The position numbers and the translations under genes were made by a program. Below, piece by piece: positions 26,733-39,772 of a stretch of DNA of 64,000 bases (positions are counted from its first letter, which is position 1; each line of letters starts with the position of its first letter). The notes under the pieces were generated by a model, which was not told the origin of the DNA, did not search any database, and saw only the letters and a list, made by a program, of their open reading frames with translations. The stretch is from Octopus vulgaris (lineage: Eukaryota): positions 177,630,001 to 177,694,000 of the forward strand of contig OX597815.1 in NCBI GenBank assembly GCA_951406725.2, given 5' to 3'.

Positions 26733-26815
26733 GTGATGGTGATGATGATAATGATGATAGTAACAGTGGTGATAATGATAATAGTAATAATAATGGTGAT
26801 GATAATAACAATAAT

Positions 26816-29800
26816 ACGCCGGCTACGGCTGCTATAATGGTGCGATTATAATTATAACGGCAATGATGGCCGTCTCCCCACGAGCCAATCAAAGCTCAAA
26901 AATGATAACATCATCGTAGCACCAAAATGTTTTTGGAAACTAAAAGGAAAACTAAATCAGTATACCAAATCGCTTGTCCTATGGTTAATCTGGAAGCCCG
27001 TCCCCAGGGAAGAGCCAGCCTGGGATCGAAAAGTCATAACTGGCACAAAGTATTCTCCGAAAACGGACATGGATGGTCACTTGAACGGGAAATTCCCCAA
27101 CTCGAGCCCTCCATGTTCCCCACCACAGAAAGAAAAATGTAAGCGGAACAAATGGAGCCGAGAAGAGTATAAAGAAGTAATATACGCTTATTACTATGCA
27201 CTAGGTAGGCCATCTCAAGAGAGACACACCGCAAACTCTTACAGTATATGGAGAACACGGAATCAAGACAGTAGGCCCTATTTGGACGAGAACAAATTGG
27301 CAAATGTGAGGAGGGATATCCTTAGAAATAACAGACTCACAGACAGTGAATTAAGCGCGATCAAGCGCGCAACGGAAAATGACATAAATATAAGACACAA
27401 AGGAAATGAAGAATCAGATGAACAGTATAGCCCGCCACGAGGCTTAATTGAAAGACTGCCATCTGACCAAAGTACGCAAAGGCCTGAAGATACAAGAAAT
27501 TCTATTGAACCTGTTAAAGATAGCCAGGAAAATAACAAAACAACAGTAACTGAAGATCTCGCATTTGCTGAAGAACACAGAGAGTCTATAGCAGAAATGA
27601 GGCAGAAAATCCTGAATACGCTTGAAGTTGTAAGACATACAAGTATGAATGATAGAGAACTACTTCATAAACTCTCAAATACAAACCAAAATTAAAAAAA
27701 CAAATCCAAATTGGCAACTATGTAACAAATGAAATAATACAAGAATTAAAATCGGATTTTACTGAGTTAAATGAAATTATTTACGCTTCTGCTAGAGCAA
27801 TTGAAACCACCTGTATGCCCCCGAAAAAACAAAGAAAGCCAAACCTGGGAAGAAATCAAACCTGGAGAAGTAAAATTGAAAAAAAGATTGTATTTATGAG
27901 AGGAGAAATATCAATATTACATGAACTAATATGTGGAAATGATGTAAGATCCAAAACAGGAAGAAAGATGAAGAGAAAATTTGGATTCTCACCTAGAGAA
28001 GAACTGATATCAATAAAAGAAACGCTGAAACAAAAAGTCCAAGCAAAAGCCCAAACAATACGAAGATTTGAGAAGAGAAACAAGTTTTACAAGCAAAATA
28101 AGCTGTTCACATCCAATGCCAAAAAATTCTACAGAGAAATAGGGAAGGAGAAAGTAACCGTTAAAGACCCTCCTTCGATGGAAGAAGTTCAAAACCTTTG
28201 GAAAAGGATTTGGAGTGACAAGAAGACGTGCAACATAAATGCAGACTGGATTATACAAACAGAAGGATCCTACCAAAATTTACAACAAGCATGGGAAAAC
28301 ATCACAATAGCAGACCTAAGAAAGGCACTCACGAAGGCCCATAATTGGAAATCCCCCGGTAAAGATAGGGTGCCGAATTTCTGGCTCGCATCGCTCCCAT
28401 GCGCACACGGTAAGCTAGTGCAGGTGCTCAATGGAATTATGAGAGACTCAAAGAAAATACCTGAATGGTTAGTAAGTGGTATTGCTTACCTACTCCCAAA
28501 GAATAACGAAACCAACCTTCCAAAAAACTATCGGCCTATAACCTGTCTATCCACCAGGTATAAAATCCTAACATCTATCCTGGCGGAGAAAACATGCATT
28601 CATGGAGAAGAACGATATTTTCCCCATTGAACAAAAAGGGTGCCGCCGAGGCTCATACGGATGCAAAGATCAACTGCTAATTAATTGTATGATCCTTGAG
28701 AACTGTCACAAAAAGCGCAGAAATCTCAGCTCCGTATGGATTGACTATCAAAAGGCCTTCGACAGTATACCGCATCCATGGATCTTGAGATCGCTGGACA
28801 TCTTCAACATTTTCCCTGTGATTTCAAGCTTCCTGAAGCACAATATGTCGTTGTGGAATACGAATCTCCAATTATACCACTCGAATGGAGTACTTGCCTC
28901 AGAAAATATAAACATCAACTGTGGAATTTTTCAAGGTGACTCACTTTCACCTTTAATATTCTGCATAGCCTTAATACCCCTTACAAGTGAATTAAACGGA
29001 ACAGGGTATGGGTATAAAATTGCCAATAAAAAAATAAGCCATCTATTTTATATGGATGACTTAAAACTCTATGGTAAAGACGATAATGAACTTGAAGGCC
29101 TATTGCGCACTGTCAAACTATTCAGCGATGATATCGGGATGGAGTTTGGGCTTGAGAACTGTGCCAAGGCCACTTTCCAGAAAGGGAAAGTGAAGACCAC
29201 AAATTCAGTCGTGTTAGATGTCGGCACAGTCATAAGAGAGCTTGGGCAAGAACAAACATACAAATATTTAGGGATAAATGAAGGCTCTGGTATTCAGCAT
29301 GCAAGCATGAAAGAGAAAATTAGGAAGGAATGTTATAGGAGAGGTCGTGCAGTCCTGAAATCTGAACTAAATGCACGTAACAAGGTGTTAGCTATAAATT
29401 CCTTAGCAGTTCCAGTAGTTACTTATAGCTACAATGTGTTGAACTGGAATATGAGTGAAGTAAAGAATATAGATTGGAAAATACGCAAGCTGCTGAGTTG
29501 TTATAGGATGCACCACCCAAAGGCAGACGTAGATCGCCTTTACCTTCCCAGAGCCCAAGGAGGTCGAGGCTTGATCCAATTTGAATTAGCTTACAAAACA
29601 ACCACAATTGGACTGGCCAAATATCTTGAAATAACGAATGACTGGATGCTAAAGCTCGTGGAAAATCAGGAGAGACGAAAGAAGCTTTATTCTATCATAA
29701 AGGAAAGCAAAAAAATTGCTATTGATCTCGTGCAGGATACCCAAACTGAACAACCCGAGGGAAGTACGGCAACTATTGTTGCAAAGAAGGTGAAAATAAT

Positions 29801-30765
29801 GGCAACGAAAAAAGCGCACGAGCGATTGGCTGATAGGTGGGAGGAGAAACCTCTGCACGGCAAATATGTGGCCCGTAGCAAACAAGCTGATGTTGACCAG
29901 AAGCAAACCCATCAGTGACTACGGAGCTCCGGGCTAAAAGCAGAGAGCGAAGGTTTCATCCTGGCTGCTCAAGATCAAAGCCTATTAACCCGGAACTACC
30001 AGGCCAATGTGATGAAAAATAGAGCAGACCCAAAATGCCGATTCTGCAACGACATGATTGAAACAGTGGACCACCTAATCTCTGGATGCAAAGTTTTAGC
30101 ACCAGTGGAGTATAAATTAAGACATGACAGAGTTGGCCAATATCTACACTGGCTAATAAGTCGGCATTACAATATCAAAACTGCCGACAAGTGGTATAAT
30201 CACCACCCTAAAGCTGTAACTGAAGGAGAAAATGTAACGATTCTGTGGGACTTTCCAGTACATACAGACCGAGCCATCAAAGCCAATAAACCGGATATTG
30301 TTGTGAAAGACCAAAACAATAAAGTTTGCTTATTGATCGACATGAGCATCCCTTGTAATCATAATATTTCGGCGAAAGAGTTTGACAAGCTCAGAAAATA
30401 TAAAGACCTGCTCATTGAAATTGAGAAAATGTGGTATCTCAAGGCGGTTACAATACCAGTGATCGTAGGAGCACTAGGAATGATCATGAAGGGAACCGAA
30501 AATTATATGAGAATGATCCCTGGCTTACCATCCCTGCAATAAGTGCAAAAGATTGTCTTAACTGGTACATCACACTTATTGAGAAGAGCATTGTCGATGT
30601 GAGAACTATTACTACCCAAGTATTTTAATTTAACTTAAGAAAAAATTAACGAACTAGTGAGTTTGGTTTAATGGCCTACCAATGTATACTATGAGTTTCT
30701 TTGCCCTAGGAGTCGGGAAGACACTCGGCAAGAAATGGAAGCAAATTTGAAAGAAGAAAGTAAAG
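26816..30765 (+). mobile_element. Apparently full-length R4/Dong-type RLE non-LTR retrotransposon
   Basis: Single broken ORF with RT, CCHC and RLE domains. Preceded by (TGA)/(TAA)-type repeats and followed by (TAA)n. Confidence 0.93.
27069..30602 (+). pseudogene. R4/Dong RT-RLE polyprotein, disrupted (frameshifts ~27695 and ~28600; stops at 29916 and 30540)
   Basis: WKSPGKD, NYRPITCL, EQKG, DYQKAFDSI, QGDSLSP, FYMDDLKLY, YKYLG, GGRGL, CRFC/HLISGC, RHD, KPDIVV. The stops correspond to TGG and GAA in the 24764 copy. Confidence 0.92.
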
Positions 30766-30809
30766 ATAATAATAATAATAATAATGATAATAATAATAAT
30801 GATAATGAT

Positions 30810-30965
30810 AACATCGAAAATGCCTGATGAAGAGTATTTAAGCCGAAACGTTGTGTTAACAAGAAACAAGATGAGGACAAATATCCATCAAATGTAAATA
30901 ATGTAAATAAGGTAATGTTCTCTACGTAAATAATGTTCTCTATGTAAATAATGTTCTCTACGTCA
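30810..30965 (+). mobile_element. Hammerhead-containing repeat tail after (TAA)n
   Basis: aatgc-CUGAUGA-agagtatttaagcc-GAAA-cgUU^gtgtt (30819-30857), stem II damaged. Ends in aatgtaaat repeats and about three copies of an 18-bp taatgttctctacgtaaa unit. Confidence 0.6.
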
Positions 30966-32139
30966 GTGCTGATGTTGAATAAAATGCAGTCCCCTTGGAA
31001 TTCCTTATGATATATACATGGCATACTAATTTAGAATAACAAGTAAATGCATACGATAAAACGTAAGGTTTCACTTAAGGCACAATATTAAAATAATCAA
31101 CACCCGTTGATGATTTCAACACTACGCATAGGAACCAGGTAAAATTGAACGTAACAACTATATCTACATAAAAAAAAACACATCCACAAGTATTCACATA
31201 AATAAGTTATATAGAAGAATTGCCATAACTCAAATAAACGGTAGCTTACTTCACTGAGTATAGAAATATAGAAATAATTCGTAAGCATTGATTCATCCTT
31301 TCTTCCTCTGACTACAAGATGATTCTGAATTCACAATGGTTTGTTATTTCATCTCCGGGATATTTATTTCTTAACATTTGTTGCTATATATTTCTGTATA
31401 TTTAAAATATTCTCTCCTTCAATAATTGGACTCACGCTGCCTTCTCAAATGCGATTCGTCCTGAAAAGAGCTCTGAAATAGTATTATCTTCGCATTTGTT
31501 TCTGATTGTCAATGGAACGTGTATCCCACAATAGTTTGACTCAGCGGGACCGAAGAAAATTTCTGCGCGTAATATGGTTATAATTGTCAACAAATGACTT
31601 AGTTTATAGGTAATAATGGTTGTTAAAATATATATGACCTTCATTATTAATAACGCTATTCTGTTATCCATTTTGCTTATTTATATGGAATACGTTGATA
31701 AACAACGCGCAAGATTGCAAAATGATTCGAGAAACAGTATAAATAATATCTAGAATTACCGCCCGTGAATCAGAGTCAATCAAAAATTACATTACCTTAA
31801 AAGAGAGCATTCCAGTCAGAGTTGGTTCAATGATAAAGAAGAATAGATCCAGCGTAACAACAATATTTAAAAATAATGAAAGCAAAACAAATTCTCTAAT
31901 CATTCTCGCTTCATTTCTTATATCTCATATAACATGACTAGAAGTGTACTTTATCTTCTAATTCAATAAAGATACCCAATTTCAGCATTCACTTTACAAA
32001 AGAATATTTATACTTCTATTACCAGGGTCAGTAACTACACTACAAATATTCAGTTGAATACAACTCGATTATGCTATAACCTTGGAAGTGTTCCGATATC
32101 TATCGAGTATCAGTTGAGCGTATTTGTATGGCTGTAACG

Positions 32140-32332
32140 ATGGCTCTTATGGCTCATGTGGCTGTAAAGATCAAACTGAGGATCAATAAAGCCATAACTG
32201 AAAACAGCTGCAGAAAGAAGAGAGGTTTAAGTATGACCTGCATCGATTACCGAAAGGCTTTTGATAGTATTCCCCACTCATGGCTCCTAGAAACACTAGC
32301 CATGAACAAGGTGGCACCAATAATCATAAAAT
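32140..32332 (+). pseudogene. R4/Dong-like RT fragment, different subfamily
   Basis: GCKDQ..INKAITEN..KKRGLSMTCIDYRKAFDSIPHSWL. Confidence 0.8.
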
Positions 32333-32439
32333 AGGGGATTAAATAAGGGTTATCTCCTTTCCTCCGTTTTTCATTCTAAATGTAAATTTAAGTCTTTCAA
32401 AAATAATTACACTAAAAATAAGATAACTAGTAGTAAAAC

Positions 32440-32835
32440 TCTTGGTTAATTATTCCATACGAGAGAAAAATTAAATCGCATCTCCCATTGCAGTTTCGTG
32501 AAGGTATTATTAGGAATTTTCCAAAGAATTTTAGGTATTACTCTCTTATAAACTCACATACGGTTAGGATAGCTTTTTCCAACACTAAAAATCTCTTATA
32601 AATTAATACATTTACTAATACTAATATTAATGTAGTTAATGCCATCCATCCCTCTGGAAATATTAATAACAAAGTTATTGTATCTGAAGTCAATTACAAC
32701 AGAATCAAGTTTATATCGTGTAGCTCTAAAATAAAAAAATTCTATATACCAGTGTATACTACTCGTAATCAAGTATATTTTTATATACGATTATTTGAAA
32801 GACTAGTAATAGCATTCAGTTAATCACTATACATA
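32440..32835 (+). pseudogene. Old decayed relative of the 33026-35365 PLE
   Basis: LPLQFREGIIRNFPKNFRYYSLINSHTVRIAFSNTKNL and NRIKFISCSSKIK..IYQC match the 33463 ORF but with a much shorter linker. Confidence 0.8.
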
Positions 32836-32953
32836 TCCATCATTTTCAGTTAAAGTGTCTTATTGACGAGATTCATTTCGTCACTTCCATGAAGAGAAGC
32901 GTACATTGTTATACACCATTTTTAAAAGAATTTGAATAACACCTGCGTTTAGC

Positions 32954-33032
<79 letters not shown>

Positions 33033-33079
33033 GTGAATTGAAGAAATGGAGCTGAACGAAGATTGAACAGAAATCGTTT

Positions 33080-33172
33080 TATTTCATTCTACACGTGTTT
33101 CGAAAGGCACAATTTACCAAAATCCGATTGAATAATGGGACCATATTGTGTCTTTCTCTTCAGGAAGAAATA
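33080..33172 (-). ncRNA. Hammerhead ribozyme (inverted copy)
   Basis: Reverse complement of 35063-35155. Confidence 0.85.
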
Positions 33173-33201
33173 GGAAATCCGTTGGAAAAACAAAATAATA
33201 A

Positions 33202-34443
33202 CATAAACAATTTAATAACATAAACAATTTAAGTAAGGACGGGAGCGCGGCGGATGCCGGGGCAGTCGCTCCCGCATTTAATTTAGCGAACAAGGATAAT
33301 TATCGGTCCGGGAGATCTCACACTGACCCAAGACCCGTTATTCATCCGAGAATCACCCACCCGAATGCGAGAGCTGGCGTCCCGACCCATCACACAGATA
33401 GGAATAAGCATATATGGTTTGTAATTCCCTTTGGTAAGCAGATTAGAAAGAACCTCCCCCTCATGTTTAGACAAGCCATCGCCAATAACTTCCCCAGAAA
33501 TTCCAAATATTACTCCACGGTTAACTCGCATAAAGTTAGGATAGCTTTCTCCAACACTAAAAACCTCGCCCAGATAATCGCCTCCCATAATAATAGGCTA
33601 CTTACTAAGACCCTATCACCTTTTTCCGGAGGCACAGCCTCTTCCGCTCCCGGTTTAATGCTCAGTAGGAATAATTATAGTAGTAATAATGATATGAGAG
33701 CCAGTACAGTGACACATAATCTCAGCTCCAGCCAGGGAGTACCCGCTAGGGGTATAGTTATAAATAGGGGTACTGTGGTTGACGGTAACAATGGGAGTAG
33801 GGTAGAGAGCCCCAATAGCATCCCCAGCATCATTTCCCGCAATAGCATCCCCAGCATCATTTCCCGCAATAGCAGCACCACGGGCACTAGCAATGACAGC
33901 ACTCTGATAGATAGTGGAGAATCAGGGGTTATTCCTATAGTTAATAGTGACGTAGTAGAAAATAGAGTAGTAAACGGCTGCAGTTCTCGGAACGAATATA
34001 GTGACAGGAACGCAGTTCTAATTTCAGAAACTAATCCTAGCAGAATAAGATTCACGTCGGCGAACTCCAAGATCAAAAACGCCGTCTACCAATGCAAGGT
34101 TTACACAGACTCAGATGTCTACACTTATGTAGGGGCTTCATCGTCAAGATTGGCTTTGCGAGTCTCCAATCATTACGCAACTTTCCGGGACATGAACAAG
34201 CGCCAGACCACGGGACTCAGCAAGCTAATATGGCGATTGAAGGATACGAACTTAAGCTACAGGCTGGAATGGTCAATTTTGTCGGTGGCCCTCCCATTTG
34301 ATAGGGGCAGAAGGCAGTGCAACCTTTGTGTCTCCGAACTCTTCCATATTTTGTTTGCCAGAGGCCGGATGGTAAACGGACTCTTACAGTCGGCTTTTCG
34401 ATGCCCCCATTGGCGGCGTTACACTTATCTGGCTTTTAAATAG
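33202..34443 (+). CDS. PLE thumb end, long S/N-rich linker and GIY-YIG endonuclease (open frame; 5' part lost)
   Basis: Frame open from 33202: RNKHIWFVIPFG, NFP..KVRIAFS..HN, AVYQC..YVGASS..R..H, TGLSKLIW, WSIL, CNLCVSE, N..CPH. Confidence 0.85.
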   Translation, partial: HKQFNNINNLSKDGSAADAGAVAPAFNLANKDNYRSGRSHTDPRPVIHPRITHPNARAGVPTHHTDRNKHIWFVIPFGKQIRKNLPLMFRQAIANNFPRNSKYYSTVNSHKVRIAFSNTKNLAQIIASHNNRLLTKTLSPFSGGTASSAPGLMLSRNNYSSNNDMRASTVTHNLSSSQGVPARGIVINRGTVVDGNNGSRVESPNSIPSIISRNSIPSIISRNSSTTGTSNDSTLIDSGESGVIPIVNSDVVENRVVNGCSSRNEYSDRNAVLISETNPSRIRFTSANSKIKNAVYQCKVYTDSDVYTYVGASSSRLALRVSNHYATFRDMNKRQTTGLSKLIWRLKDTNLSYRLEWSILSVALPFDRGRRQCNLCVSELFHILFARGRMVNGLLQSAFRCPHWRRYTYLAFK

Positions 34444-35062
34444 CGTTTATAAATAATAACTGCACCCATAGCCCTTGGTAACAAATTCTGAAATAGCCTT
34501 TAAGATAATTACGATTAACCACTGCAAGGGGAATTACTCCTGTAAGATAAACGGGGCTTGGTTTTCTGACAACGGGGGGTTACCTTGACAAGGCAGGTTC
34601 AGACGAACACACACACACATAAAACATAATATAATTTTTTCTGCCACCCAACGGTTCTTACTGCAGTAGCCATTGTGTAGAGCGGCTTAACCACTGACAG
34701 CCGAGCGATCAAACGCACACACGTACACAAAAAATGTTTTCTACCCCTTGACGGAGGTCTTGCCGACCTACGCCAGCCCACACATATATAGAACAGTATA
34801 CACACACATGTCTCTAAGTAGATTTTTTCTCGCCCCTTATAAAACATCCAATATTCCTTAAATAGTCAGAACTTTATTCTCGGTCACAAAGAACATCTAC
34901 ACACCCCACCCACATGAATGACCGCTGCCTGACCCGTTAAAATCTTCAGCCACCGGTTCTCAACATACACTGATAAACAGTGTTGCCATGGGCTCTTAGG
35001 AGCCTAGTTCGATTTGTTTTGCTCCGCCTCTGTTCTGTTTTTGTTTTTTCCAACGGATTTCC

Positions 35063-35155
35063 TATTTCTTCCTGAAGAGAAAGACACAATATGGTCCCAT
35101 TATTCAATCGGATTTTGGTAAATTGTGCCTTTCGAAACACGTGTAGAATGAAATA
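35063..35155 (+). ncRNA. Type-I hammerhead ribozyme, canonical core
   Basis: tatttcttc-CUGAAGA-gaaagacacaat..attgtgcctttc-GAA-ACACGUGU-A^gaa t gaaata. Confidence 0.88.
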
Positions 35156-35361
35156 AAACGATCTCTGTTCAATCTTCGTTCAGTTCCATTTCTTCAATTC
35201 ACCAATAATATTTTAATTTCAATTATCCGCACCAACGCACGGTTGCAACACCATATGGTTGTACCTCCAACCGTGCTGTCTTCTGCTGTGATTTTTGCTA
35301 CCAAGGTATCGGTTGAACTTTTGATTAATCTGCTACAAGATTATTCATCTTTCTATTTCAC

Positions 35362-35414
<53 letters not shown>

Positions 35415-35418
35415 GTGT

Positions 35419-35466
<48 letters not shown>

Positions 35467-35734
35467 TTATATATTAGAAGGTTTGAAGATGATGTACAGG
35501 TATTATAAATTAGAAGAAGTAAGGTACTCAGAATTCTCGATGTTTTTTTATTTACAGATATTTATTAATAGGTCACATGTTTTTATAAATCATATAAGTT
35601 AGTGCTTGCGTCCATGCTAGTGGAGTCTTCAGATTGAATTTTTTTCAGGACTTTTCTCTTTTTATAGTATTGTTGAGTGTGTAGGGGTGGAGAGAGATAT
35701 AAGATAGTACAAAAGGGTGAGGAATGGGGAGAAA

Positions 35735-35824
<90 letters not shown>

Positions 35825-36230
35825 CGTGTTTCGGATTTGCATGTGTGGTTGTACGCTTGTGTGTGTATGGTTTTTAAACAGTTTGATAAAAATATATTGG
35901 TCCTTTTAAGAAAGCTTAATGTTGATTGATGTACTAAATGAAATTATTAACACATATCAGAATAATTGCTTATTAGCATTGACTTTACTATCTGTAGCAA
36001 ATTTAACACCATTCTGCACTCCCAAATAGGCCAACCTTGTGACGAAATACACGACCGGAGAGAAGATTCTTTAAATGTTATATTGCTTTGAATATTTTAA
36101 TAGGTAAAACTTGCTGGTTCATAAAGCTGGTTGGTAATGCTCAAGAAACACCCACACAAAAGTTCGGTAATACACACACACACACATTTATATATGTGTT
36201 TGTGTGTATAGTATAGTATAGCATAGTATA

Positions 36231-36276
<46 letters not shown>

Positions 36277-37163
36277 GTATATATATATATATATATATGT
36301 ATCATCTGTGTGTGTATGTGTGTAAGTATGTATATATGTATATGCTTATATGTATCTATGTGGATGTAGATACATGTAGGTGATAAATAAGAAGGAAAAT
36401 ATGGCGAAAGCCGAAGCAGTCAGAATCGCTCAGCAGCTGTGATATTCGAAATAATAAAATCTTAAAACTTATCACTCAGTTGAGATTTAGTTCGCAGCAC
36501 AAATTTTTGTCTCCTAAGTATTTAAGAACAACAGTGTTGAATTCATAGTGCAATAAAAAAAAAGCAATCAAATATATATATATATGAGGAGATAAAATTT
36601 GCAGAATTATTACGAAAACTCATAATGACAAGTAACTAAACATTGTAAATAATAGGTTGAACCGAATGGAAATCGCGAACGCCATTACAGAATTCATATT
36701 CTTTTATCAGATATTATTGTACCCCTGAGTGAGATTACAGCTGGTAGTCGTGCAAAAACAGTTAGTGTGTTTATTACTCGCCGTCAATTGCAGAGAGTAA
36801 AAAGGGCCACAATGAAAGTTCTGGACAAAGCAATAAAATGGAAATTGTAAATAGTATCATTCATTCACACTCTCTCCTGTTTCCTTCTTTTATCTATATA
36901 AATGTAGATATAGATATGCACATACAATATATATATGTGTATATATGTATATATATATATACATAGATATATCTATATATATATATACATATATATACAT
37001 AAACTTATATGTATACATATATACATAGATATATACATATATATACATAAACATATATATATAAACATATATATATATATATATATACATATATGTATAC
37101 ATATATATATATTTATATATATATACATATATATATAAACATATATACAAGCACATATATATA

Positions 37164-37215
<52 letters not shown>

Positions 37216-37263
37216 TATATATATATACATATATATACATATATATATGTATACATTCATATA

Positions 37264-37329
<66 letters not shown>

Positions 37330-37705
37330 TATGTATGTATGTATGTATGTATATACACACACTTAAAAGCAGTCGTAGAGGAGGACAATCAAAACAAAAG
37401 TGTACACAATACATTGCTGGGAGATTAACTGTTTGCATTAATACTCTGATAACTTTCGGATGTTTCAGTCTTGTAATACATATTTTGAGGAATGTGAGCA
37501 TGTAACGTACATTTTGATTGAAAACAAGAGAGGGAGAGAGAGAGGGTGGTAGGGAGAAAAGGATATACGACACAGGTACAGTCTTGATTATAACTCAATT
37601 TAGTTGAGAATTAGCTAAGGATGTACCTTACCGCCAAGTATAGCATGAAATCCATTCGGATACCATAATCACACGCTTCCGCCTGGGCAGACACACTCAC
37701 ACACT

Positions 37706-37795
<90 letters not shown>

Positions 37796-38184
37796 GATAT
37801 ATGAACTTGTATTCGCACAAAATATATATATATATATATATATATTATATTCATAGTTATATATGTATATCAATATATACCCACAGACACATACATATAT
37901 ATGTATATATATATATATGCATACATACATGCATACATGCATATATGTAACGCTAATATATATGTCTATATGTATGCATATTTACGACACGGTATATATA
38001 TATATATATATATATATCTGTAAGTGTATATATTTTGTATAGGTGAATTTTGGTATCTATGCATGTGTGTGGTATATGCATGCATATATATATGGGGTGT
38101 GTACAAATACTTCCATCCATCCATCCATCCATCCATCCATCCATCCATACATACATACATATATACATACATATATATATACGT

Positions 38185-39065
38185 AGGTTGCGGGCGATTA
38201 TAGGTGAGGTGGCAGAGAAATCCACTGGTTCGTTCACTTGTCTGTGTTCCAACGGGGTGGTAGTGACACTTTCGAACTGGTCATTAAATACCTCACTGCG
38301 TTATCTATGTGGGAGCCATCCTTCCGGAAGAGGGGTCCTATTTTGCAGCGTATTGAGACTGTTTATTAAGCCAAATGAAAGGATGCCTTTGGGTTAGAGT
38401 TGGTGTCTTTCATAACCCAGGCCTCTTTGTCTCCTCTCTCATTCACATAGGACTGTTGCAGGCTTTTTTCAATCTCCATCAGTGTTGTTTTTAGGCGGAA
38501 CCTTTCACTACTTTTAGGATGTTGCTTGAAGCGAATTGCAATCCTCGTCCGTCGTCTTAGGATCTTCCCTTCCCTTGGAATCCTGTTCCTTTCTGTGTTG
38601 GCCCTGTGCCCCAGGACATATTTTTGGCATATGGTTTCCATAACATACATGAAATATTGCAGTTTCATATCAATGTCTGGTGTGGAGCGACATTTCGGCC
38701 AGTCCTGTCTGATGGTCACTTTTTGGATTGATTTCCTGTCTGCTTTGTGGATGTTCAGATTTGAGAGATTTTGGGTGTTTCCTTTAGGCTGTATTTCTCT
38801 GGCTACTTTTGGTCCATACATAGACAACTGTATTATGTTGTGATCCGATAGTAATGCCAGCGTCACTTTCACATTATGAACGATGTCTATATTCTTTATG
38901 CAACAGAGATCCAATATGTCATGCGACTTAGTTGGTCGGAGCACAGTTTACACCTTGAATAGGGCATTGTTGAGGTTGAGCAGGGACACCACCTGTACTT
39001 GCTTGCTATGAGTCATTCCTGGGAACAGGAGGACCTCGGGCCATTTGTCACACCTATAAGAATCA
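38185..39065 (-). mobile_element. CR1-type LINE ORF2 fragment (APE endonuclease end and linker)
   Basis: PT...ILDL, LSDHN, NIHKAD, IK.NPK.F-like motifs in the 38366-38944 ORF. Confidence 0.8.
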
Positions 39066-39557
39066 CACGTGATGTTCCAGTTTCATGAGAGTTTCTTTTA
39101 TTCCTGTGAGGCAATGTTCAAACTTGCCTGTGTGGTTTGGAGTATCCGGTGGCCGATAGGTATTTCATATATTTCAACTATATGTGTTGTCTTATGTATA
39201 CAATTTAAGTATCACATACTGAATTTGAGTATATTAGTATATAGCAACTCCACATTGACTCCTTTCCCTTGAGCAGACATTGCCGTTTTGCGCAGTCTAT
39301 TGAGCAGACATTGCCATCTTGTTACAAATGCAGACATTTAAAATGGAATAATAATATTAAGAGTGAAATTGATAATTTAAACGACAGGGAAGATAAATGT
39401 AAGATATCTGAAAAACATAAGCAAACAGAAAAAATTAGTTTCTGGTGAGTCTAACCTGTCAGCAGTAATACATTACTCTATCCGAAACGAAAGAAATTCA
39501 TGACACTAATTGAAGGATAAAAGGAAAGTGATTATGGGGAGCCAGTGGATTTAAATA

Positions 39558-39772
39558 TCGGTTTCAAATTTTGGCACAAGGCCAGCAATTTCGGTGGCGA
39601 GTGTATGTCAATTACATCGATGCAGGTGCTCAATTTGTACTTACTTTTTTGACTCCGAAAGGATGAATGATAAACTATACCTCGGCAGATTTTGAACTCC
39701 GAACCTTAAGAGTGACGAAATGCCGCTAAATATTTGCTCAGCATGCTAAAGATTCCAACATCTCGCCGCCTT
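39558..39772 (-). mobile_element. tRNA-derived SINE (second family)
   Basis: Minus strand ggcggcgag... head, B-box gagttcaaa, tail tgctggccttgtgccaaaatttgaaa. Homologous to the 44450 and 44685 copies. Confidence 0.8.

Larger units (their letters stand above)
33026..35365 (+). mobile_element. Young 5'-truncated Penelope-like element (Nematis-like) with inverted 5' copy, in (TA)n
   Basis: 33026-33195 is the reverse complement of ~35038-35210 (two mismatches counted). Unpaired tail to ~35365. GIY-YIG ORF inside. Confidence 0.93.

Noticed and set aside
26816-26930. HDV-like ribozyme at the 5' end of the Dong element (tccccac loop-like)
   Set aside because: Could not build P1.1, P2 or J4/2 consistently; only generic pairing seen.
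34444-35060. SECIS/selenocysteine recoding as in Naiad PLEs
   Set aside because: No in-frame UGA in the ORF and no convincing SECIS fold.
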